Shown in pieces: positions 54,316-64,000 of a DNA stretch of 64,000 nucleotides. The DNA lies in NCBI GenBank assembly GCA_951406725.2, contig OX597814.1:90272001-90336000 (forward strand). Direction: 5' to 3'. The notes beneath the pieces are model-generated. The model saw only the letters and a list, made by a program, of their open reading frames with translations. It was not told the origin of the DNA and ran no database searches. This stretch comes from Octopus vulgaris (Eukaryota). The translations under genes and the position numbers were made by a program. Numbering within the stretch: position 1 is the first letter of the stretch; each line of letters starts with the position of its first letter.

Positions 54316-54580
54316 CGCGTGGTTTAGTGGTTAGGGTATTCGGCTCACGGTCATAAGGTCATGAGTTTAATTCCCGGAGAGGAGTTTCATCCTTGAGCAA
54401 GACAGTTTATTTCCTGTTGTTCCAGTCCACTCACCTGGCAAAAATGAGTAGTTCTTGTATTTCAAAGGGCCGGCCTTGTCACATTCCGTGTCACGCTGAA
54501 TCTCACTGAGAACTACGCTAAGGATACGCGTGTGTGTTGATTGGATCAACTGAAATTCTTGTCGTAATCGACGAGGTGTC
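54316..54580 (+). mobile_element. SINE family C-related copy
   Basis: gcgtggtttagtggttagggtattc head, ccttgagcaagacag segment, body homologous to 12595-12712. Confidence 0.78.
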
Positions 54581-54599
54581 AGTTTTTACATAACTAATA

Positions 54600-55200
54600 T
54601 TTCAAAAAATTGATGCAGCATTTTAAGAAGCAGTGTTTCCTTCCAGCCATTATTGCATTGAACAAATGTGATATTCAGAAACATGGTGGAAGGCGACGAG
54701 CTGGCAGAAGCGTTAGCACGCCGGGCAAAATGCTAAGCGGCATTTCGTCTGCCGTTACGTTCTGAGCTCAAATTCCGCCGAGGTTGACTTTGTCTTTCAT
54801 CCTTTCGGGGTCGATAAATTAAGTACCAGTTGCACACTGGGGTCGATGTAATCGACTTAGTACTTTTGTGTGTCCTTGTTTGTCCCCTCTATGTTTAGCC
54901 CCTTGTGGGCAATAAAGAAATGAGAAACATCGTTGAACAGACAACATGAAAGGGAAAATCAGTAAAGAAAAATTGCTTAGCCTTCGGTGTCCCGCAATCG
55001 TGCATCGGCGTGTACAATGACATCTGTAAAACCTTCTCCCTAAGTACATGTACAAGGTATTTGTAAGTGTTTAGCATCGTCAGTGGCATCTGCCAAGGCT
55101 GCATTATTTTGTCCCTCCTCCTATCATAGTTGGTATTGTAACGAAAACCGCCTTTGTCATCCGTGTAAAACCGCTGCTCATGATAGCGCAAGATGAGTAG
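54600..55200 (+). mobile_element. Decayed RTE-like RT fragment interrupted by a SINE
   Basis: CIEQM..FRNIVEQ (restored across the SINE TSD), FGVPQ and FSIVSGICQGCIILSLLL match RT subdomain motifs. Confidence 0.5.
54692..54922 (+). mobile_element. SINE family A, full length, tail type A, with 15-bp TSD
   Basis: TSD agaaacatggtggaa (54677-54691) and agaaacatcgttgaa (54923-54937). Confidence 0.92.
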
Positions 55201-57071
55201 AACAAGATTTATATAGATGGTAATGTGCTAAAGTTCATATCTTATATGTAAATTTAATACATAGAGGCTCTAAGATATATGAATACAAACTCGATTAGTT
55301 GTTGATATAAATGTTTATAGTTGTAAAGGAAGGATAAATTTCTTTCCTGAAAAAGGTGGCTTATCTATTATTGAAACTATTTTGGTAGTTTTGGGAAGTT
55401 TTCAAAACTTTTGGCTATATAATGTTATTGGTTATATAATGTTATAATGAGTGAATCTTAGTGAAGAGTATTTCTATTGTATTGCATCAACCCAAAGCAA
55501 GGTACACCTTTTCTGTTTTTAAATTTTGCTTTCCATGTCTTAGTTGCTTTTTTTTCTTCTTAAAAAATATCTCCATTTAAGTTCGTAAGGTCTCTCAGTT
55601 GCTCTGTATATTCAAACAGCAATATAAAAGTTCTTTCACCCTCAGGTTTCACGAAAAAATAATTATGAGAGCAGCAAATTTTTAAGTCAGTTGCAGTAAA
55701 TCCAATACATACGTTGTTAGCCTCAGGCGTTTTTACTGTGCATTTATGTACCATGTTCTTAGGTAGTCAGACAGAATCTAAACGTTTCTCCTTCGGGTTA
55801 GTATATTTGCAATAAGAAATATTATTCCTGCTTGGATATAATTTTGCTATGTTAGATGAAGTTATATTTGGCATCAAGTTAAGCGTGATTGAAAAGGAAA
55901 AAGATACATAAACAATATTTTTATTAGAATTCTATTGCATCTCTGGGAACAATTTTTTTCAGAGAATGGTAAAGAATATTTATGAGGTTTGTACTAACAA
56001 ATATGTTTTTGTTCGTTTCTAATATTTCTACTTCTCTGCGAAGTCGGTATGCAAAGAAATAAGTATCTAGCCACTTCAAGTTAACCTTCATTAAAACATA
56101 AAGAATGATCTCTTAAAACTTGCTCTTGCTTGGTATATTTAATGAACTGATGTAGCAAGACGAAATTCATAGTTATGATTAAGTGCACTCATAAATATGG
56201 GTAACGGATGTAAATTATAATTTACCTAGAGGTGCTTTTAACAAAAAATATTGAAATATTATGAACGAAATATTTACATCTTGAACATAAATATATATCA
56301 TTTTCATTTCTGTCCCAAACAAATATAACAGGTACTTTATGCTTGCATTTCTCCAATATTATGCCAGCAGTAATACGCCAATATTCTTTAGTTTAAAATA
56401 CATATGTAAGACATCTAAAAATATTTCTCTGTATTAATCCCATTCGAACAGCGCATGGAATATTTTGGTAACATCAAGTCACAAAATTCAGATCAAAATG
56501 ACATATTTTATTTTAGATTTCGAAACATTAATCACTTTATTGTATATTTTCTTAAATATCTTTTTCATGCCTATACTCTGCCTCTGGTTTACAAAGGAAT
56601 AACCTTCACAATATATTGTCGCAAGTACAAATGGGCGTCATTAAACTTCCTTCGAGTTTCAAACTGTCAATGACACTGATTCGTTGAAAATTCTACTTGC
56701 TGTTAGCATTATGCAATTTGAGTTCATTTTCGATACGAGAGTTTGAAATGCAATATTATAAGAAGTGTATGGCATGATAGTTTTAGCCACATTATATTTG
56801 TTTCAGAATTTGTGTGGAACACAGAAGGAAGAGAATGACATTTGTTGTAAAGGTTTTAAATTCAGAAGCATTTACTTCAAGAGATAATATATCAAGCATC
56901 AACATTTGTTTCAGTATTATTCCAACTGATTATCAATCGGAAAAAAAACTGCTTTTCAATTCAACTTTTTCCCAGTATTTTAAAAATTTGCGGCAACGAC
57001 GCTCATAATTCGCAGTATTTAAATGTCCGGTTCAAAGGCCAATGTCGATAACATTCAGCATGAAAGTAAGC

Positions 57072-57352
57072 ATGTATGTATGTATGTATGTATGTATGTA
57101 TGTATGTATGTATGTATGTATGTATGTATGTATGTATGTATGTATGTATGTATGTATGCATGTATGCATGCATGTATGTATGTATGTATGTATGCATCTA
57201 TGTATGTATGTATGTATGTATGTATGTATGTATGTATGTATGCATGCATGCATGCATGTATGTATGTATGTATGTATGTATATATGTATGTATGTATGTA
57301 TGCATCTGTGTATGTAAGTATGCATGCATGCACGCAAAGATGTATGTATGTA
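57072..57352. repeat. (ATGT)n microsatellite with (ATGC) variants
   Basis: Direct reading. Confidence 0.95.
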
Positions 57353-57470
57353 TTTCAAAAAGCAGAATAGAATAGTGGTAATTGCGAAGGGTTTCATAGA
57401 TTCATGTCATGTCTATAGTGTTTTGGCGAAACTATAGAAAGTTTCTTTAGTTTGTTAATATATGCAAATA

Positions 57471-58376
57471 CGGTGTACACAAAAGAAACTGGAATTTTGC
57501 AATATCATTTTATTCACTTAATTTTACATGTCTACAATTCATCGCCTCCAAAGTATTCCGCATTTAAAGCAAGGTTTCGGTCCAGATGCGTTTTCCACTG
57601 TTCGAAGCAGTCCTGGAACTCTTGTGAAGCAATGCCTTTTAACGCCTCCATCGTTTTTCTCTTAATCTCTTCCACATCTGAAAATTGCTTTCCTTTAAGG
57701 ATTTTTTTCATACGGGGAAACAAAATTGCAGTCAGTGAACAAGATCGTGTGAATAGAGAGGATGGGTAGGCGGGGTCATACCATTTTTAGAGAAAAACTG
57801 TCTCACACTCAAGGTGACGTTGCCACAGGACGGGGCGATTTTGTCTCACCGTGTCTGGCAAACGCTTCAGAACTTCCATGTAAAATGTCTCGTTAACTGT
57901 TTGACCAGGAGGAACAAATACTGTGTAACATTTCCTTTCACATCGATGTAACAGATCAGCAATGTCTTGACAGGGGATTTTACTTGATGCACGGTTTGGG
58001 GCGTGGTGACATTGAATGTTTGCATTAACTTCCTGAAGCTCGAAAACCACTCGTAAACTTGTGTTTTGCTCACGGCAGCGCCCTTGTAAGCTGTTTGAAG
58101 CAAAACAACTGGTTTGGCTGGCGTTGTCACCAGCAGAAAACAGAATTTCACGAAAGCATGCTGTCTCTTAGTTTAAGCCTTCGCAAAAATCAACGAACGT
58201 GGGAGAAGCACTGGAAAACAACGACGTACCACATGACGGTATGACCTCGGACCAGGACGCCAGTCGGCAGACGGATGCCTGAGAATTGTATCAAGTGGAT
58301 TTTAGCGACGGAAGTCTGAATTACAACTGGCTTGCCCCACAGGGAACGTTTCCGGTTTCTTTTGGGTACCTCCTCG
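57471..58376 (-). mobile_element. Internally deleted mariner element with both TIRs and TA TSDs
   Basis: TA|cggtgtacacaaaagaaactggaa ... ttccggtttcttttgggtacctcctcg|TA; fragments MKFCFLL..AVSKTQVYEWFSSFR, FVPPGQTVNETFYMEVLKRL and FPRMKKILKGKQFSDVEEIK..CFEQWK..EYFGGD. Confidence 0.9.
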
Positions 58377-59772
58377 TATATTTGGTGAAGTGGTGATACT
58401 AATGACTATCACATGACACCACGGAAAAGTATTACATATTTCTGTTTATGGAACATATTTCTGTTGTATGGAATCATTTGTCTGGATAGTCTAACTATTG
58501 CCATACTCAGATGAGAACACACGGCGTTGTACAGCAGAGACGTAGCCATGTTCACTATACTATCTACTGTCTTATACACCTCGACCGTCTTTATATTTTT
58601 CCATGTAGTTACAATCTATCTTAAGCTTTTGTTTACTGACCTCATCTTTAACTGTTATCGGAAGCAGTTACTATATAACGATTCTCATGCATGAAAAATC
58701 TAAGAGTTCACTGGTACATTTTAAGTAACATCGCTTGTTGTCATTTGATTTCTGATTATTTATTATTTTTTTTTGCAAAAGATTCAACTCATTGCAGTGA
58801 AACAAAAGTTAATCAGCATTCATCTATTAAGTGTTTTGAATTCCACCCAGTTTAAACAACAAATATTGCTATCCTTCTTTTGTCTACGAAGTCTTCACCT
58901 CATGGTTTTAAATTAATAATGAGCGTATCGTAAGTTGGGAATTCAAAGGAATAAATGGAATACTAGCGTGGCGATTTACATTTCGTATTTAAATATACAT
59001 ATAAGAATGCATATTCTATGTATATATTGACATTGCGTAAAGATGCAGATTGTAATGCAAATATTCACAATGTAAAGCTTTAAACTGCCGTTATATAAGG
59101 TCATAATATATTCGTTACAGATAGTCATTAAGAGACTTGTTGAGAGAGTCGTTTACGCAATTCCGCGTTCTAGTTGGTGGCAAAATCAAATAATTACTAG
59201 CTGTTCAATATTCTCATGGAATTGTTTTAATGGAATTCATTCGTATAGACATATTGTGATTTATTAAACTTCCCTCGAGACATAATATAACTTGGCAAAT
59301 CCCATTTATCTCTGAATCACACTTTCGATATCGATTTCTTTCCTGTAAGAATTTCTATTTTATTACGAAGAGCTCCTAAACTTACACAGTTTCTTACTTT
59401 AAGAATTCCCTCGCTATTGTATGTTTAATCAATTATGCTAATGAAGTTATATAATCCGCTCAGCATTAACATGGAATATACTTCACATCAAAAGAATATC
59501 AATTCGGAATTAATTAGAATTTTTGTTTTTAATGATCACGTATAATCTGCTTTGTTCAGCAAGGACTTTAGTAGTTGACTTCTGATAGAATGATTGTATA
59601 TTTAATTTGCAGTGTGCCCCAGTTAGGATAAATCAAAAAGAGAATGAATGAGAGTTATGCTGTCATTTAAAATAATCATACATAAAGAGATTGCGCGAGT
59701 AATTAAATTGGCTATTGAGAGAAAATTTGTTTCAAGGCCTTGAGATATCATTTATTGTAACTATTGTTTTTA

Positions 59773-60974
59773 CGAAGTGATATCAAAACGTTTCCCGACT
59801 ATTTCTGTAGCGCCCCAACAGAAGGCAGCACAAAACAGAGGGCGTAGTGAGAACTAGCAATAACATTCATGAGGCATTGTGTCGAGTGACATTGTTGCGT
59901 TTACTTCGCAAGTTGTGAAATTTGTGTTTCTGTGTTTTTTGTGATCAGATGTTTGCTGTAATCTGCGATTTTTGACATAGACAAAAAGATTAAACAAGAA
60001 GCGAACATGAAATTTTGTGTTAAACTTGGAAGTCTGCTATGGAGACGTTCAACATGGTTCTGTTAACTTACGGCGACGAGGCATGGTTTGTACGGAATAT
60101 TTCGAGAAGCATGGGCGCTTCAAAATCGGAAGAAAGTTCCTGGAAGACGATGAGCGATCAGGGAAACCTGCCATGAGCTTCACTTCCGGAAATGTGGTAT
60201 TATGCATCGAAAATTTGTCTCTCAGGGCCAGACGGTCAATGTAGAGATCTACTGCGACGTTTTGAAGAGTTCGAGGGACGACATTCAGCAAAAGCGTCCG
60301 GATCTGAGGAGCGCGAAGAATTGGATTCTTAACGACGACAATGCACCCTCGCACCAAGCTCTCCTCATTCGTGAGTTTGTCGTCAAAAGCAACATAGTAT
60401 CGCTTCTGCACTTACCCTTTTTACCAGATTTAGCAACTGCGGCCTACCATGTTTTCTCCAAGGGGAAAGTTCAGCTCAAAGGTCGCCATTTTAACACCGT
60501 TGTCAAGATCCCGAGTGAATCACAGAGCTTCCTCGACTTGCTTACGGAAAACGATTTTCAGACCAGATTCCAAAAGTGGTACCGCTGTATTGTTGGGACC
60601 GCTGTATTTCTGTAACTGCTTACAGGCAGCGAGCTGGCAGAACCGTTAGCGCGTCGGGCGAAATGCTTAGCGGTATTTCGTCTGTCGGTATGTTCTGAGT
60701 TCAAATTCCGCCGAGGTCGACTTTGCTTTTCATCCTTTCGGGGTCGATTAAATAAGTACCAGTTATGCACTGGGGTCGATATAACCGACTTAATCCGTTT
60801 ATCTGTCCTTGTTTGTCCTCTCTGTGTTTAGACCCTTTCTGGGCAGTAAAGAAGTATATTGCTGGAACCGCTGTATTGCTGCATGGGTGACAATTTCGAA
60901 GGAGGTAAAACTTATGTAAATAAGCCATTTTTTATTAAATATAACTAGTCCGGGAATCTTTTGATATCACCTCC
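59773..60974 (+). mobile_element. Internally deleted mariner element with TIRs, TA TSDs and a nested SINE
   Basis: TA|cgaagtgatatcaaaacgtttcccgacta ... tagtccgggaatcttttgatatcacctcc|TA; fragments LEDDERSGKP, FVSQGQTVNVEIYCDVL..RPDL..WILNDDNAPSH..LPFLPDLA..LKGRHF; WNRCIAA resumes after the SINE. Confidence 0.9.
60625..60853 (+). mobile_element. SINE family A (tail type A) nested in the mariner element
   Basis: ggcagcgagctggcagaaccgttagc...gagttcaaattccgccgaggtcgactttgcttttcatcctttcggggtcga...gggcagtaaagaa. Confidence 0.92.
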
Positions 60975-63900
60975 TAGTATATCTGTGAAATTCCAAACAG
61001 AGTCTTTTTAGGATGATTATTAAAAACAAAATTATATTTTATCCTTCGTGTAATTAGAGTTTCCTTTGAGAGTCTTTATTGTAAATCATCTGATCTGATC
61101 AGAAGTATTTTATAACAGCTTAGTGCTCTTTGAAAATATTATGACACATAATAAATTAGAATAATCTTTTTTGTACTATCGTCTTTTAATTTCTATAAAA
61201 GTTTAACAGTCTAATCAAGTTATTATTATTATTTTACAATGGGGTCTATTTTGAAGATATCCATATGCTATAAGATATCCATATGGTATAAGCATGTATA
61301 GTTTCCTTTACAAAAATATTGAATTAATAATCTCGAGAATGTTTTACAGACATTACCATTTTTTGGAGCGGTAAAATGAATAATTTAGGTGGACATACGG
61401 TCTGCTGAAAATAGGATACAAATCTTGAAATCCCACCTTACCGTCTCAAGGAAGTACACACGGTGTTTTGGTATGTGCATCCAAAAAGACCAAAATTTTT
61501 TTTTTTCCTTTTGAGATACATCTACTGAAGGACTATCTCTGATTATTACACTTCAAAACCAACAATTCACATTTATTTCATTGGGCCGATACAACGGCAC
61601 CAAATTCCTTTCAGCGTGTATCACGTTGGCCGATGAATCGGCCTCGGTGTCCCAAGTGGGTTTAACAGCACAGTTCCTGATACACAGAAATAGGTACTAT
61701 GGGGAGTGAGTATTTTTTGTCTTTTATAATAAGTGTATTCTAGAATGTCACACAGCAACTACAACAACAAATCTCTTTTGCAAAGAAATTTAATGTCTTA
61801 CATCGTCTGTACAACAGTAAGAAACATTGAAAGGAGGAGAGCCATTATCCATTCTGTGAGCCCTCTCCTGCTTTAAGATTTTCTGTCCCCTAAGTGTTGA
61901 CTACCAATATTATCGAAAATTGCCTCTCTTATGATACAATATTGAGTTTCTTTCCATTGTTGATGAAAATGGTGGTATTGTCTTTGACTTAAAAGACAAT
62001 ATTCGACTGAATGTTGCATGAAAGCCTTCAACCTATACTATTCAACAATGAGCGCCATAAAGTTTAGAATTCTTTGTTTGGAATTCTCTAAAGGCACCAT
62101 TATATTGCTTAGGATGAATGTATCTTCGCCACACATTTTATTTGATGTAATCATGGTTCGTATATGATTTCTATAGTCACCTTTTACTACATTAACAAAC
62201 TAATTCTTTTAAGTTCTCACAATAAATAAACAGAGGTCACTAGAAGCAGGATCTCTAACATTATATTATGACGACTACATATATGTGGGTAAAATGTATA
62301 CTTTAGTTTAGTTCACTTGATGCATCCCCTGTTCAGAATTAGAATATGCATATAATACCCACATAGGAGTACTTCATGTATTCAGAACAGAGCTGCTATT
62401 GCCGGCAGAAATCGTCTAGTCAACTTGGAAGTGAATGCGACGATACTATCCTTTTGCAGGCTTGTCATCGTATAATTTGGATTATATTATCTATTAGGTC
62501 CCTAAATTTTTAATAGAGTCACAGGGATTTGACAGAATGTAGATAATCAATGTTTTGGCGTTTATACTGATGTCTTAGAGAATTCCTCATTCGATCGAGT
62601 GGTTTGTAAGATCAGTTAGCTTCTGGTTAATTCTGGCATATAATAGATCTCTGACGGATGATTTATAGCTGTAACTAAAACGTTTGTATTAGGGATATTG
62701 AAATTGTCAGACAGAACACCATAAAATGGTTTGTGACTCGCGACGATTCCCTAAATAATGGGAATAGCAGTGGGTCACGATATTTCACCATCAATGAATG
62801 CTTCCACGACATTCTGCCTTTATCTAAGTTCAAATTATAAATTCACTGTTTGCTAGTTAGAGGATAAAAACCAGTACTTTTTAAGAGGGGTTCCCTACCA
62901 GATCCAATAGCTTTAAGGACACTAACAATTCGTCTCTCAAGGGTTACTTGGGTTATTTTTTAAATATTTATAGAAAGAGCTTTAGATTTTCTTTTTATCA
63001 TAAGGTGGTAGATTTTTGATCCATTATTTTTGTCCAGGATGTGACAGCGTTTGGGATTTTGAGATTACGGTGTTTCTGGAGCGATAATATTCCCTACTGG
63101 TTATAAGATCAATAGTGCATGTTTAATAGCGCAGTATATAATCCGCATTGTTGCATTCAGTAGGATGTTGATTTGGCCACAATAAGGTACAGTATTAATC
63201 TTCAATCCCATCGTGGTAGTCCTATTGTTTCACCGAGAGAGAAACCATGTGAAGCTGCGTGCCACTACTTTTTGACAAAACCTAGTTTTCGTAGTTTTCA
63301 TACCTTGAGTGTTTCTTTTACGTGTAATCTGCTTGATGAGATGAGACGAGAATTATGAAGATAATTGCCATGTAGAACCGACTTGCAGCGGTAGGTCATC
63401 AATGCTTGGTAATTATTTCACGTAAAATAATTACCCATTAGTTGTTGAGAATTTCAAGCCAAATGAAGCAAATGGTGAAAATGTATATCATTAGTGGATA
63501 ATGGTCTGGCGGGTAATAAATAGAGAACTTTGGTGTGTAAGATAAATTTTAAGCCTTGTATTTAATGTCGAACATTAAATAGAAAACGGAATAGTGAAAT
63601 AAGCAATGGTGTAGGCTGTTACATGAGTTATATATATAAAATACTTTGAGAAAGACAAGAGAAAGTGAAATGAATATGCTAAGGGCGTTGATTTTTAAGC
63701 TGGGATGAGATTAGTTATTTCAAACTAGGAATTAAATTTGATTGGTTGAATGAAAGTTACAAGCTTTTACTCCTATTTGTTTTCTAAATAATTAACTCTA
63801 ATACAGAGCCCATAACCCTTAATTTCACAAACACATCATTCATTCGTAATGCTCAACATATGTAGGGTCCACCAGAATTTCAAAACTAAAAGCGTACCCT

Positions 63901-64000
63901 TAAAATAACTTCCTGTACTCTGTAACATATAGGGAAAAATTAAAGCGAATAAACTGAAAACAATTACCAATTAGCGAAATGGAACGTGCAACAATCCAAC

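Noticed and set aside
61254-61292. 18-bp tandem duplication aagatatccatatgstat; also a diverged duplication at ~53000-53230
   Set aside because: Ordinary slippage-type duplications with no further structure
61500-63500. Possible decayed LTR-retrotransposon or LINE coding remnant
   Set aside because: Composition looks formerly coding, but no diagnostic motif could be read with confidence

Overview
AT-rich, microsatellite-saturated eukaryotic DNA with no recognisable host protein-coding exon; it is intergenic or deep intronic. The repeat families and (TA)n/(TATC)n/(TATG)n density point to an octopus (coleoid cephalopod) genome, which is an inference from recalled repeat sequences and not a database result. 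Most ORF-track entries are microsatellite artefacts. Supported content: (1) many tRNA-derived SINEs of several families, some with clear target-site duplications (TSDs); (2) a young 5'-truncated R4/Dong-clade LINE (RT, CCHC, restriction-like endonuclease, one premature stop) inside a (TAA)n tract, in tandem with an older Dong copy; (3) RTE-clade LINE fragments, one ending in three C2H2-type zinc fingers; (4) five decayed Tc1/mariner elements, a non-autonomous Helitron and a piggyBac-like MITE; (5) several short inverted repeats within or beside microsatellites. The most notable signal is a 131-bp near-perfect palindrome (18611-18741) whose minus strand reads as a minimal type I hammerhead ribozyme. 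Several degenerate hammerhead-like motifs occur elsewhere, one at the tail of a tRNA-headed SINE. These fit Penelope-like element (PLE) termini. I found no convincing novel protein-coding system.
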